Shown: positions 13,137 through 27,998 of the stretch, in pieces
How positions within the stretch are numbered: the first letter of the stretch is position 1
How the letters are laid out: the number at the start of each line of letters is the position of its first letter
NCBI GenBank assembly: GCA_046563655.1
Contig: CM102283.1
Coordinates: 8,804,001-8,868,000 of the forward strand
DNA: 64,000 nt
Direction of reading: 5' to 3'
Origin: Yuukianura sp. NJ FZ-2021
Lineage: Eukaryota
Translations under genes and position numbers: made by a program
The notes under the pieces: model-generated
Told to the model about the DNA's origin: nothing
The model's database searches: none
What the model saw: the letters and a program-made list of their open reading frames with translations, nothing else

Positions 13137-15091
13137 CTTGCCGTCTTCTTTAACGTTAGGTCAGTAATTAAGTAGAGGGACTAACGAGGGAATTGGAATC
13201 CTCAATGTGTAACCAAGAAAATATCTGAAACCACCTCCCGAAGTCCCCCGAAAACCAATCAGCTGTTTTCGATGATTAATTCGATTGATGTAATTATCAA
13301 ATTCAGCGATTTACGACTTAATTTTAATAACGAAATTTTAAGTTTGCTCCTCTTCTGTCTTCCTTTGTCCTTTTGTTTTTTTCAAAAGAGAAAAATCCGG
13401 AAACTATCGGTGCATAATTTTGAAATTCCCGCGCCTTTCTCTCTCTTCAAAAAATTCTGGGGAGTGACTTTCACTCCACAGACGCCACTCTGCAACGCTA
13501 TTACGACTTGAAAGTGAATTTCTCTCCAGTCAATACAAATTATTCAAAATCATGCTCTTCCAAATCGTTTTCTTTCCGAATCAATACAAATTCCAATACT
13601 GTTCATTATTTAACAAAAACAAACGCAGAAATAGGCGTTCAAGTATCACACCTTTCACATTTAGAGGTAAAAGTGTAGCGAACTCATTCTCGGTCTTTTT
13701 ATTTTCAAAAGAAATTAGAAAGTCTTGTAATTTGTTAACTTCAGTTTTCACTTTTAAGAGAAAAAGAAAATTCAAAAGAAAACTTCACCTAACTTTCTCT
13801 CGTAACAACCTGCCAGGTCTGAACTAAAAGAAAAGTAGGAAAGTAAGGAAAGTCTGTAAGCTAAAGGAGGGAAAGTTTGAAACCACCACTGCCAAACCTG
13901 GTTTCCGCTTCCCTGGACTATTTTCCCCCGTCAGACATGATATAGAAAATGTGTTATTACTCTGGAATGAAGCCCAGAAGGGGCCCCTCACTTGCCTGGA
14001 TACTTATCGTATCCATAGCGACGACGCAGAACTGCCTGAGCTCAAAACATAGTTTAATCCCTATACTATTCCCAATAGGAAGTAAGTGAGAGTTGGTAGC
14101 ATGGGGAAAGTGGGGTTCCTGCACTTTCACTCCGACAAAAAAACTATTTTTTTTATATTACGCGGCAGTGGGAGCCAAATGCACAGAATGATCTTTCGCC
14201 TAGGATTTTGGTAGGGAAAAGGATGGAACATCTCTCGTCTCCAAGTCAGTATCATTTGTATCTCTGGACTAGAATCAAAACACAAAAACCTGAATATTCT
14301 GCCATTTTGGAAAACTAGAAACGTCAACACCTTCAATTTGCTAAGCAAAAGTACAAGTTGTGATGCTGAGATTGTTTAGTGTTAGAGACGAAATTACAAA
14401 AATTGAACTGACTGTAACTTGGAGCTCCTCAATTGTCAAAACCTTGGTGAGTCTCAATTATGGCATTGCAGATTAGGCTATTTTCAGTTTATGTTTACTT
14501 TAGTATTTACTTTGTAACAACAATACTTGAAATAGAAAAAGAAAAAAGTCTATAAATAGGTCAAGAACGGCGTCTGTCACTCTCCAAGAAGAAGCATTAG
14601 CCTTTCTTTGTCATTTAAGTAACGATAAACCTAAATAAATAATAATCTAAAAGCCGTTTCATCTTCGCAGCTTCCCATTTTAGGCAACTGCCAGATCCTC
14701 GTTCAACTCCAACAGTGACTGACAGTGACAGCGTCTGACATGTTTAGACTGATTGCGTAGTAAAGCTGCATCAAAACCAAAAGAAGAAAAACGCTTGCAT
14801 TTTTTGTTTTTGGAAATTTTTAAATAAAGTTGGATGGTTCTGAACACGACGGCGACAGTTCTCTACTCTGAAAATTGTCAATTGACTTAACCAATTTTCA
14901 ACTTAAAACAGTAAGTTTTCGAGTTCAAAATTTCACTTTAGCAAAATATAGCAAAAGTTTTGGACTTTGATCTTAAAATCATCAGGGAGTGGAAAGTTTT
15001 TGCCTTGAAGTGAAAACTTTGCACTTCATTAAACTCCTTGTCAAAATTCATTTCATTTATTTTCAGGCATTTCTGTCTTTCAAAATTTGAA

Positions 15092-18000
15092 ATGTCAGAG
15101 CCTGAAGATGTAGAAACACTTTGCAGTTTCACATCGACCAGCAGCAGTACATATACTTATGGCTCTACAACTGAATCAGTTAAAACGCAAATTGAAATTG
15201 CGTTGACTAAGGCCACAGACGTTCACGAAGATGCCAAAGATGAATCAGAATCGGAGTTTCCAGACACTTCAGTCACTCCAACCCCGAGTTCAGCCAAATA
15301 TGAAATCCGAATTCCAATTATTGGTGATGTGGAGAGTCCTAGTCACTCTTCAGAGAAATGCCAAGGTTATGACGAAGACGTCGTCAAGTTTACTGCGCCT
15401 GACGAACCTTATACTGCCAATGACGAAGAAGAAGATGACGATGACGACGATACTTTGTCATCCGAAGCAATGGTTGACGACATTGAGTTAATTTTAATGC
15501 CCGAAGAGGCCATGGATATTCCGCAAGTCTATTCGCCAAAACTCGTCCGTGTTCGGGAACTGTTGACTGACGATGAAGGGCATCTCGTAGAAGACGAAGA
15601 TGAAGATGACGACTGCAATTTTCGGAAGATGGACGGAAGTGAGCGGTCCTTTGACCGGCGGGCATTTCAAACTGAAGATGGAAGTGACGAAGGGGAGCCG
15701 TTAGAAGTGGACGGAGCCACCGGATTTACAAATCTGTGTTACGGAAGATCAATTGAAGGCGGGGACGACGAAGATCCAAGTTTTGCTTCCAGTACAACCA
15801 GTGGATTTGAGCCACGCGGGAAAAGCTGGCGAAGATCTCTGGCTTCATCTGGAGTTCAAACAGACATTACTGCTCTGGAAGTTGGTCACCGTCAACCAAT
15901 CATAGGCGACTATCGTTTTGGCGCTGGAGGACGCAAAGTCATGACTTCTTCAAGTGGAAAACGCCTCAACTGGAAGAGTGAGCTGACTCTGCTGCCTTCC
16001 AAAACAAAAGTTGGGCATCACCATCACTTTGTTGGCCCAAGGGATGATGGAGGACTTCGAACAGCGGGAAATTCTGTGGGTTTCAATGGAGACAGGGAAG
16101 AAGATGATGACGAACGGGATCAATATTCAACCGGACGTAGAGTTGCCAAATTTACGAGCCAGGTAAGAGGCAGTTTTGGTATTACTATACGTCAAAGAGC
16201 CTTTTAGCACGACAAGTAATTATCATAAGTTACCAGCCCTTAAAACCTCCTTCGTTCTTGCGTTTATATCAAAATATTTTTTGAAACATAAAAACTGAAA
16301 ACTTTCTGCACGCTAAAACCCCCATTTCTTAGGCCAAACTGTCAGAATGAGGATTTATTTTCTCATTTCTCGAAAAGGTGAAAGTTCTCCCTCTCTTCCT
16401 TTTCAACGCCCAGAAATAATCCTTTATCATCACAGCTTTTGTGCTTTCTCACCCAAAAACGCGGGAAAATGTTCATCAAATCTAAAACGCTAAAAGGCCC
16501 GTAGGATTTTACGTAAAAGCACGAATTTAAGGTAAAATGTGATGTGGCATCGCTGATGTTGTTTGAGTTTGATTGAGTGGATGCGGCTGATGCTGGAAGG
16601 TAAACTGAAAGGTTAGGTTCACAAAAAACAAAACAGAATTGGTTTGGAGTGAAAGACGACGAGCCGTTGGTAGTTTAACGAAAAAATCGATTTCCATTTT
16701 ACCATCTTCCTTCGTTTCCGTTTTTTCTTGAAGACAATCCAATGATTTTTGTTTTCTTTCGACTTATTGTACAACTTGGTTCTCTTTCTTGCAATATTGG
16801 ATCTGTGGTTTCGTTAGTACATTTGTTCTTGACGTCAAAAGAAATAAAATGGTATCCCGCTAAGACCACTTGAGACTTGATGTTACTTCAACCGAAAACA
16901 AGCCCTTTTCGTCATTACTTTTCTTGTCGTTTTGGGATTTCTTTTTGCTTTTCTTTTTTTGCCTTGATTCCATCAGTACCAATTTTCTAAGTAAAGTTTC
17001 TGAGAGAAAGTTTATAAAAACTGAATTAATTTGATGTTTGAAAGAAAGAATTTTTAATTAAAAAATGCTACGCCTCAAAACTATAGAAGTATACTGATGC
17101 CCCTCCAAAGAAAAAAGTTACAAGTTTCAACGGAAGCGAAAAGTTTTTGGTGGACGCCGTCCTTGACAAGTCCTTGTCAGGCGTTGCCACAAAACTGGAA
17201 AGTTTCCAGCTTTTTTGAAGTTTCCTGCAAAAAAAAAAGTGTTCTACAAACACTTCTTTTTGGTGTCAGATGAGCAATCAGGTCCATGCCCTTTGACTTC
17301 TAGTTCTCATCAAATATTGAATGAAATTTCTAGACAAACAAAAAGTCTCAAGTCGATTTTTTATTGAAATTCTGACTTTCGACGCTGAAAGAAACCTGTT
17401 TTATACCATGTTCTCTAAACGAAGAAAGTTCAAGCTTTTAGCGTGTAAGTGACAGAAAAGTTTCAGTTTCCTTTTTTAAAGTGTAACTTTGAAGCTTTTT
17501 GCCAAATTGATTTTTTTTGGTCTGCCGGTCAGTAATTCCAGTGAAAGGTTGGACCAGCCGAATGCCCGTTCGGCCAACTAAAAATTCTTTTCGTGTTTTC
17601 CTTTTCCCCTTTTTGAGCACAACACTGGCTAAAGTAGAAAGTGAAATATGGCACAGGGAAAAATCAGTCTGAATAAATCATTAGCTATTACCTTGGCATG
17701 AGCCAAAAAAGAACAACAAGGCAGGGCACTACGACGCTGCTCCGCCGCTTCGAAGTGGAGTTCATATTATTTTATTGAGCAGCAAAAGAAGCATTTTTGC
17801 ATTCTTCGGATACAAACTTTCCCTTTCTACTAGAATTCCGGGTATTCTCCCGGTTTTGTGCTGGGACTTGATCAATAACCTTCTCCCAAATTAGATCTCT
17901 CTATTATCCGCCTTTACCTAAGCAAAAGAGAGCCTTCCACTGCTCCAGCGACTACTTGATTAAGCTTTTCCGGCTCAACAGTCACAGTAGTAATAACTTT

Positions 18001-19316
18001 CACTCACTCCAATTTAATTATAGTATATAATTTTATGTTATTACAGGATAATGTGCTCAGCTCCAGTTCCCAATTTCTGAAGCCGAGTACGCTCTACAGA
18101 ACGAGAAACCTCTCTCGGAATTTAAATCAACTCGGATCATCTGAAACCTCATTTATTCTTCCAGAAGGAGAAACGACTCCAGGACTCAGTCCACATTCCT
18201 CCAGAATTCGGATTCCCTGGACTTCAAATCCTCCTGGAAAAGGTTAGTCCTCGTCTAAAGTTTATTTGAGTCAACTGATTTTCTCTGGAACTTTCACTTA
18301 TACTTGTCCCAAGAGCCTCTCCCACTTCAAATGCACTCAAACCCGTCTCTCTCTTGAGATTTTCTGGCCCTTTGTCATCATCTCATTTTCAATTTTCAAT
18401 GGAAACCTAACATAACATGGGTTCAGCCGCTTCGAAAACTTTCCTTTGTTATTCTTCCAACCGATTTTTCTCATCTTCCGCTTCTTTTCTTGTTCTTTTG
18501 AAGGGATCGGAAGCTCAGGAGTCAATCAGCGACGACCCACAGCTTCCACAAAGTCTTTTCGGTCGAGTCTTCCTGATTTAACCCCTGGAATTGGAGAAGT
18601 ATCCAAGCATCCAGCAGCTAGGAGAAGGCAAAGTCATCAGTACACTGCGCAGACGCGGCTTCTCAGACAGTCAGTTTCTGGTTGTGCGGGTAGTCAAGGA
18701 GGTTCTTTCGGCTCTACGGGAACGGGACTGAGGAAGTTCAGGAAAAAATCATCAAGTGATGAGGAAACTTCTTCACTAATTGATGAGTCCGAACGCTGCC
18801 TCCGCTCGAGCATTGATCTTTTCCTGACGGATGACATTCCAGCTCCAGGATACGACTATCCATACTGTGGTGGTGGATCAGGCACAGGCATGGGCAGAAG
18901 ATACTGCTCACAACCAATTCTGACAGGTAGGTCATCTAGAAAAAGTACAAAAAAGTCATGTCGTTTTAATTAATTTGGTTTTCATTAAAATGTTTAGAGG
19001 AAGCTTACTTCTATCGCGAGCCACGCAACAATACCATGGGAAGTCCGTTTCTTCCAAGACGAATGTCGGGTACGCAATAATGTTAAATTGCTATAATTAA
19101 ATGTTATAATTGAATGATTTTTGAGCAAAAATTTTTTCAGACATGCGATGTTCCAAGTACGCAAAAGTGATTCTACCTGATGGGCAGGTTTCAGTGGTTT
19201 CCGTTTTGGAAATTGATGAAGTCCGGGACATTCTCAAAGTCCTTCCGGATTCAGGCTCTCCCATTGTAATTCCCTTCAGAAAAGTTGTGTTTGCCTGGAG
19301 GAATAGTCGCAGATAG
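15092..19316 (+). CDS. Uncharacterised acidic/Ser-rich, probably disordered protein, ~645 aa, with a C-terminal Ras-binding-domain-like stub
   Basis: Phase-consistent GT-AG exons 15092-16162, 18047-18242, 18504-18926, 18998-19069 and 19141-19316. Acceptor TTTCAG at 15061-15066 and candidate 5'UTR donors near 14447 and 14911. Last exon encodes SKYAKVILPDGQVSVVSVLEIDEVRDILK. Confidence 0.65.
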
Positions 19317-20731
19317 AAAGTATTTCAGCTTCATCTCTGGAACAACAAGCGAAACATCAACTGAAAAACGATGATCAAATTATAGTTCATAGTGAGATAA
19401 CTCATAAATAATTTTTAGAAAAGTTTAATTTTGAAAACCCCATTTCATTTTAGATTTTCAAAAAAACGAAATGAAAGACTTTAAACGAATTATTTTTTTC
19501 TTGCAAAAATTACTGACTTGTAAGTGATGGTAAGTTAATTCTGGAGACTGGAGATATTAAAATTCCCATATCCCTGATTAATTAAAACAAACAGAGCTAA
19601 TATTTATGTGCGAGTCAATTAAGTTTTCAACTCAGAGAAAACATAAATATCAATCATTTTATTTCTGTGTAACTTTAAACTAAATTATGATGAGAGTGGG
19701 GGAGCACCTCTTGTAAAATAAATATTTCAAAGTGTGGTGATTTTGATGAAGTGTTTTGAATTTTTTTTTTATTCCCAACTTTCATTTTCTTTTAGATTAA
19801 TAAAAAAGAATGAAACGAGGGAAAAACTAGAAAGAAAAATAATGTTCTTTGTCACTTTCGTCAAAGAACGAACTGCTTAAAAACAATAAGTGTCAGTAAA
19901 TAAAAAAAAACGAAAATTAGAATAAATTTTTTGTTTTCTAACTAATAATAAATCTGGGTATGCATTTTCAAGGCCATTTCAGATCCTGCTATAAATACAA
20001 ATGCCTTTGAATGTATGGCGTGATTTTTTCTCCTGGACGAGTTAACAAAATGAAACAAAGTTAACACTTCTAAATTAATGCGATTTAATTGAAAGTGACT
20101 TCTGTTAAGGAGATGAACAGCGCAAAAGACGCTGTTCTCTCCAGGTTTGAAGTTGGAATGAAACATAAAAAGGTACTTTGGAATGATCGCTGACTAATCT
20201 TTTAATTAATTTACACTTTTCAATGCTCTATTAACATTTTTTGAATTTGATTTTGGTCAGACACACTTTTACACACTTCTCTCTTCATCCGCTTTGTATC
20301 AACACAGTAAGGTCAGAAATCTGGATCTAAAGAATTACGTATAATTTGTCCTCAACATCACGCGTACAATAATTCTTAAAAAGGAAAACACAAATCCGTA
20401 TACATTAAATTAACTTTGTGATGTTAATTACAATTTGGATTTTACGTAGTAAATCCAAGTTTCTGCAAAATCACATTCATGCGATTATAAAAACAAACTT
20501 AAACGCTCGTGTCGGAAGTGATATTATAACCGTCGTGAATGAAAACTAACGTAAATTGCTCACTTTTGTAAACTACAACGAAAATTAATTGAGGTACAAC
20601 TTCTGATGAAACTGTTGAATCTGTACCATTTTGTATTGTAAATGACACGACGGAGGTCAGAGGTCGAAAACGTTACTTAACGGAGCAGGGGATGCTGGGG
20701 TGAACACTTGAATACTTTGTGCGTAATGGAG

Positions 20732-23700
20732 CTAGCACGAACTACTTTTGAGCTCTGCCAGCATCTGAAGTGCTTGTTCTCCAAGGATGGCCGACGAGTC
20801 TCTGGGATTGGAGGAATGATAATGCTGGTGGTTGTCCAGACTGTCCGGACTCACACTGCCACTACTACTTCCGGTTGACTGGTGATCCGAAGTGATGAGG
20901 ATCTTGGTCGTGTTGTTATTAGTGGGACCTCGACTAGGTTGTTGGGGAGAGGCATTAGTGTTGACAGGGTAGCGTGGACTGGGCAGCAGTCTCGAAGGCC
21001 TCTCCGGTGTCACGAATTGCTCATCTCCACCCATATTGTTATTGAGGTAATTCGTTGTAGCCCTAAGGTGAGTACTGCATCGGTTGTTCATAAGACGCTC
21101 ATGACCAGGAATGGCTAAACTGCTCGACAGAGACTGAAGATGCTGTTGTTGCTTTAGTAATTGCTGTTGGATTTTCATCTGTTGCTGTTGAACATGTTGT
21201 TGCTGGAGGCTGTCACGGATTTGCGAGAGGGCACTCAACAGTTGATTATTGACAGCATCCAGTCTGGAAATCTAAACAACACAAATAACAATAAGCTTGC
21301 AATTTCCAAGCTCACATTCAAAACAAAAGAAATGAACAATGAATAGACATTTTCAGACACATCTTAATTAGCCGTTCATTGTTTGCCAGAAAATGAGTAA
21401 GCCTACAGAGCTACTTAGAATGTTAGCCAAATTACTTTCGGCACGAAATGACAGTATGGTTTCAAAAAAGTTTAAAATTTAAATTTTGAATGTGTCTTCA
21501 AATGTACAATTCTAATTACCTTATGCTCTTGTGCCTCTATTAACTTTTGCTTTCTGTCCAATGCCAGTAGAAGCTCCTGTTCTCGTTTCATCTCTTCCTC
21601 AGCACTAAAATAGGAAATTAAAATGTAAATTATAGCAATTTAAAAACAGAATCGTCAAAAACAGACTGAAAAAGTTTAGGAATTGCTGAAACTTTAGTTT
21701 CGACTAACCTTAGAAAGCGTTGAAGCAGCGTTTCCATTTCTTTTTCGTCAATTAACTGTGAGTTTCGATTACTCCCCCCTTCATTAGGAGACTGTTGAAC
21801 ATACTGAGAGAGTAGAGGTGACTGGGGGTGACTTCCATCCGATTCACGATGCCTTGGAGAGTGCTCATGTCCAAACAGTCGTTCCTCAGCACGGTTTAAT
21901 TTTACTTGCAACGCTTCCATAGCCCGACGAAGTTCCACCATTTCCCGCTCATACTAAAAAAACAATCAACATTTTAGCAAAAATAAACTCACATTCGAAT
22001 TTAGTTAATTTTTGTAGTTAGCAATAAACAAAGCCATCAGATTTCAGAAAGAGGTTGCCAATTCTACAAATTCAAAGCTTATAAAAATGAAACTAAAACA
22101 AAAACTGACTAAAAAGAAGAAGAACTACCATGCTCTGGAAAGAGATTTTTGCTCAGCAGGTAAGCTGCGGAGTTGAGCAACATGCAGAGCGTATTGTACA
22201 AAAGAATCCCTTGACGTAGGGCATACCTCAACTGGATTGATTCCAAAAGAATCACGTGGACTACAATGTCTCACCTCTTCCAAAGACTTGTCACCAAACA
22301 CTACGGAGTCTCCAAGGAGAGCTCGGACAGGTCCAAGTCTTTGTCCTTTACTGGCATGAGATCTTCTTGGAGGCAACTGAGGGGCTGGATCTGTTTCCTT
22401 GTCATTGACAAGTCCACTGTCAGAGTCATCATCTGAAGAGGAACTGTACGGATGATTCTTGCGTAGAAGTTCGGCAGAGGAGCGACGACTGGGTCGGCCG
22501 TTGTTGTTGTTGGCAGTGTTCGGCTTGGTTCCTTTTTTCGTACTGTTGGGTTTAGCTGACCGTGGTTTGTTCACTTTCGATGCAATTGTACTTAAAGCGT
22601 ATTCGTAGTCAGAAGAGCTCGATGATCTTGTCAACCTGTCCAAAAATATTTGCAATTAGTTCTCTCAAATATATCACAAAAATCGTTTTTTTTTGTTAGA
22701 AAAGTTTTCGAAATTCACCTTTTCTTAAAATCGCCATCGTCTTTTGAAGCGTCCTTTCCATTCCCGTTGTCCACCGCAACTATACTCAAGTCGTCCACAC
22801 TCTGAATCCCCGACTTGCGACAGCCAAATCCTAATCCAGCCAAAGGATTACTGAAACTCAGCGGTGTCACTTCCCTCCCAGCGCCACTACTTCCAGAACT
22901 GTCTTTTCTGTCTGTCCACGGAATTCCAGATTTGGTTGGCTCCGCCTCCAAACTACTATTTCCACCAGAACTCATTTGTGGACTACTATTTTTAGACTTG
23001 TCTCCTTCTAATACTGGACTCTGACTTTGATATCCCGATGACGCCTGGGATCCGGATCGCTGATTATGTAAAATGACATGAGATGAGGGATGATGAACGC
23101 CATGGACAGTCGGGGGAATGTGAAGATGAAGTGGCAGAGGAAGGCCTACTCCGCCCATCCCATTCATCAACTGCACTTGTGAAATGTTTTTAACATTCGG
23201 ATTCACGTTGGTCACGGCATAAACAGAGGGAGAGTGGGGACTTGAAGGTGACTGGCCTGGACTTTGGTACTGGTTGTTCCCACTTCCGTTTTGTGTGAAG
23301 CAAGTGCTCGGTGGATGTGGAAGACCGAGCGGGGGAGGTGGGGCTGGCGGTGGGGCTCCCATGGGCGACGATGTCAGATGTGGAAAGGAAAAAACAGCGA
23401 CATTCGTGGCATTGTGTGGTTGCTTGAGGAGTAAGTGAATAGTCTCCAGCAGTTCCTGCAGTTTCTTGAATCTTTCATTCTGTCAAAACCAAAATGAAAT
23501 AAGATTTATGAGAGATATGAACATTTAACAAATGGTTTCTACGTGGTCACCACTCAATGACAAAACCATAGAAATGTATTGAATTTCCAAGTATCTCCGC
23601 AGTATTTCTTCCATTTCTTTCTCCTTTTAACTTAACAAAGTTGTCACTTTCCAAAAATAGGTACAAAATTACCTTCGCAGCAATTTTTCCCACGGATTCA

Positions 23701-26700
23701 GTGAGTAGAGTTGAGAGAATGCTCAAGTACTTTCCCAAGTCAATGAAGCATCGAACGCCTCCAAGCTTTTCCTTTTGACTTTCTCCGCTGTTTCGATTCG
23801 ATTCGTTCCATTCTTCTTCCAAAGGACTCTGAAATTATTTCAAAAACAAAAAGTTTCAAAAACTAAAATTTCATCCTTAGACTCAAAACTTTTCAAAAAC
23901 AGGTTATTTGTTCCCAGTAAAACGCAAAAAGTTCAATAAAACGAAAAGTAAACAGAAACAGAACGTCACCGTGTTCGCGTAAACCACACAAAAAACATCA
24001 AAGGCTGTGTCAAAGGGAACGTTCTATTTACTTGGTTCACCTGATTGATGAACCCAATTTGCCCTCAGACGACTATTTCTTTTCGCCTATATTTTCTAAT
24101 AGTCTAAAAGCAAATACAGTCCTTAGGACAAACAACGAAACAAAGAAAGCGACAGTTTGTCCAAAAGATATTGAGTCCTTACAGAAATAATGGCCAAGAA
24201 GTTCTTCATGTTGTCAGCCTCCTTTTCCACAAAGTCATTGAGATATTCCATGTAAGCCTCTTTTCCCTGGAACCTCGTGAAGTTGGCCAGCGTCTGGAGA
24301 ACTTTGGCCACCAGCGTCAGATTCCGCGCTGATTTCTCCGTGGGATACTCTGGAAAAGATAAAGTAAAAAAAGTCAACTCGCATGAAACTCAATTCATCT
24401 TAATCGTCGTCACAAACACTGGAGATATTGATCACAAGCACCACTGTAGAACCGATAGTGACCACGATTCCATTCCAAAGGTAATTTATATCAAATTCGT
24501 AGCACGTTTTCTCCTTCCTTTGTTCCTTACTGCTCCAGTTGTGTCAAAACCGCAAGATTTGTACTAAAGTCAGCAGTAAATTTTGATTGTCTTACCATTC
24601 GTAATGTTGAAGAGACTTGGTGACAAAATGGCTGGGCAGAGGAACCTCAGAAAAATTGAAGCCGAAATCAAGTGATCACCCAGTTCATCTCTTCCAGCCG
24701 ACTTGAGAGCTTGTCGACAGTGAGCAAAGCACTCCCGCAACTCTCTAGAAAGAAAAAAAAAATTTCAAGAAAATTCAGTTATAATTTTTTCTTTTCTAAA
24801 AAGAAAAGATATACTACAGCCATTAAATTTTCACCCGCTTTCTAAAACTTCTCAAATTCTAACGTCTTTGCACTTTGCACGTTTAGTTCGATTTCTTTTT
24901 CTTTAGATCCAGAAAAAAGAACAACGGAACACTTTTCTCCATTATTTCATTCTTCTCACATTTCTCTAAAACGGAACAAGAGAAAAAGAAAAGCAGAATC
25001 GAAGTCTCTACGGATTCAGAGAACAAAAAAAAATTGGATTTGTAAGAAGTGGAAGATGGATAGAACGTTCCGTCAAGGATTAGGCTTCAAACCGTTAGTT
25101 ACCAAAAGACTAGGAAAAAAGAAGAAAAGAGAGTGAAAGTCTGGAAAAGACACCGCTGGTTGGATCAAAACGGCGGAAAAATTTAAGACGCTCTTCTAAA
25201 ACTCTTCAAGTAATGCAACAAGAAGAATCGGTGACATTATTCCTTTCTATGGATCTTTTCCAGAAAAAAGAGCAGCACATCTGTCCTACGTGACTTAGAC
25301 AGCATTCAGCATCCAGCATCATGCTGCCAACCGACTTTCCTTCCAAACTCAACGTATAACTTACATTGGAAAGTTGGCTTCCGAGTTCAAAATTGATTTC
25401 CAGACAGTGTCCACTGCGTTGCGAAGATTCTCTTGATTCTTGCTTAGAGACGACGGTGACTGAAGCTTCATTGGATCAATTTCACAGTCAAAAATATCTT
25501 CTGAACTTTGAAATTCTTCTATGAACTGTCCCAGTGTACCATGCAAGTACTCAGACCCTGTCAACTTCAGAAAGGCTTCCATTGCTTTCGTCGCAATGGA
25601 GTTTCCACGAAATGTCAACTTTTCGTCACCTGAAAATAGAAAAAGAATTGTTTCCAAAAACATTTTACACCAAAAACTACAAAAAAGTTGCAAATGCCTT
25701 AGCATCTTCGTCATCAAAGAAATGATTAGTTTTCAAAAAAAAGTTTTTGTAGTGGTTTTAACAGTATCTGGAGCAACTTGGGTTATTACTTCCATAGAAA
25801 TTTCGTTAACTACTTGTGAGACTGTTAATGATTGTCCTTTGCTTGGCTCCGTCACAACTTCCAAGAGGCTTAAATTGTCCAATTAAATTCTTTGAAAGAC
25901 TTTGTTCATTACTTACCACTCTTCAAAAGTTCCTGAAGAGCCAATTCAGCAATAAATTCCTTTGCTAGGTTCTCGTGATGCAGAACATGGACCATGGCAC
26001 TTGCCAAGTCCTCTTTCGCCTTTACACTCAAAACGTTTTCCAGAGATTCACAAATGGGGCCATACTCGTCCTTGATGTGCTGTTCACCAAAGTGGAAAGA
26101 ATTCAGTTAAGAGTGCTTGTTAAAGTTCCAAAGTGTTCAACAATTAAGTTCAATTCATTACAAAAATTTCACTTACTTGCAGAAATGGTTTGTAGCACCG
26201 CACGGGCAGAATATCCACAGATTGAAATTTACACTTGATGCCTAGACAAAAACACAATCATCAGTCATCACTTTTCTTGCCTTTGAAAAATTTTCAATTC
26301 AAAATTCAAAAGTTGTCTTTACGTATTGAAGGTCCGTCTTTTGAGTCTTTTTCTTTGTCTTTAGCGGGAACAGCAGACGACGACTCGGGAATAACTGGAT
26401 ACCATTTTTCAATCAAGTATCTAGACGTTACCGAGCTCACAGGAATCTTCACTTTTCCTGAAAAAAAAACGAAAAAAATCAAAATCAAAATCATCACAAG
26501 CTCAAAAGTCTTAACAGAAAAAAAAATTCCAAAGCCAGAAAAGAAACGGGATTTTCTCAGTCGCTTTCACTTTTTTCTTTTCACCAAAAAGTCTTTCATG
26601 GGAAGTTTTTTTTTGGTAAAACGTGAAAAAGTAAAAGTGAGATCGTAACATTCTCCATCTTTTACATCCGGCGACATTTGGAGGTGACCTGTGACCTTAT

Positions 26701-27998
26701 GACTATGACTATGACGTACTACGCACATTCCACAACTTGTGGTCAGAGTCACAGCGGTGTAAAAACCATTTCTCACTGTCCTTCTTACTCCTGCGGTCCC
26801 TCTGCCATACTTTATCCTTAACACTTTAATTAAAAGTTTCTCGGTACCTTGGTCCACATGGACCATTGTGTTTGACACATTATTGCAAAAAGCCACAAAA
26901 TAAACCTAAGGTGTTCCCTCTTGTACCAAAAAAAAGTTAACTTATTGACTTTTTATCTGAAGCAAACAAAATGCGTCTACAGTTTCACTTGCAAGAAAAA
27001 CAGGAAACAAAATTGAGGGAAATGGTCCGATTCTTGTTGTATTTCTTACCAAGGCAAGTATTTTTTTCCTTCTTCCGCTTCTTGTCTCCCTCCCGAAAGA
27101 AGACGACCGTGATGAGTTGAATACAGTTTGGCAGTTGAGTGAATTCAAAGTGCTCTCCCCAGAAGAGCATTTCTCCTTTGGATTTACTTGACGTTCGGGC
27201 CATCAGGTCTTCGTCGAGGTAGAGTTCACAAAAGTAGCGTTTGGACGCTGACTGCTTTCCGGTCGCTAAGCCTTTCCCTTCCAGAATCCAGAGCTTGAGG
27301 GAATTGTCCATCCGGCGGACTTCGTCTGAGTAGGGTTTGATGGCCTGACGGAGACCATGGACCAGAGCATCTCTCTCGGCCATGGACGAACACGAGATGA
27401 ACTTTGACCCGTTACTTTGTGTTGTCAGTTGAAATCCAAAATCTTGACCTAGGATGGAGGAATGGACAGGGCGGACAGTGACGTCACCGGCTGTCAGGTC
27501 CAATGTTGACATCATTCCACCCGAAATAAAATTTTGTAGTGAATTGTTTGTCCAGGTCAGGAGACTTTCATGAGATCTTGAGGTACGCAGACGCGTAGGG
27601 AGTATACTACTGCTACTAAAAGTAAAAAAAAAAATTCAAAATTTTGAATCCAAAATAAAATTTCAGTTTTCAAAAAACGGTGACTCACCTCTCTGTCTCC
27701 ATTCCGGCAATTTTCTTTCGTTCCAACTTTGTCACACTCTTCGTTCGTTTAAGTGGATTAGACTTGAAAGACCGTTTCGAAAAAAAATTCTGAACAAGAA
27801 AGATCAAAATTTTGATTAGTCAAAATGACTCTCCTTATTAAACCATTTCCAAGTTGAACTTGGTCCAACAACAGAAAATTGCTTTGTCAAAATATAAACT
27901 CACTGCAAATCTTGATGGCGGCGTATCACGTCCTAAAACTGGCGTCAGAGGAGCCGAATTTCTTCTATCATTTCCGCATGCTTTGTCATAACTTGTGT
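20732..27998 (-). CDS. raskol: RasGAP of the DAB2IP/SynGAP/RASAL2 family (PH-C2-GAP-coiled coil): 15 shared exons
   Basis: Exons 27998-27904, 27789-27689, 27615-27050, 26457-26323, 26241-26177, 26079-25917, 25629-25365, 24744-24596, 24349-24183, 23828-23673, 23479-22719, 22635-22275, 21953-21709, 21604-21520 and 21271-20732 join in frame (3854 nt, phase-1 entry). Motifs: [21 protein letters not shown]2 domain ([28 protein letters not shown]), arginine finger [30 protein letters not shown], coiled coil [14 protein letters not shown]-terminal SSC. Confidence 0.93.
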
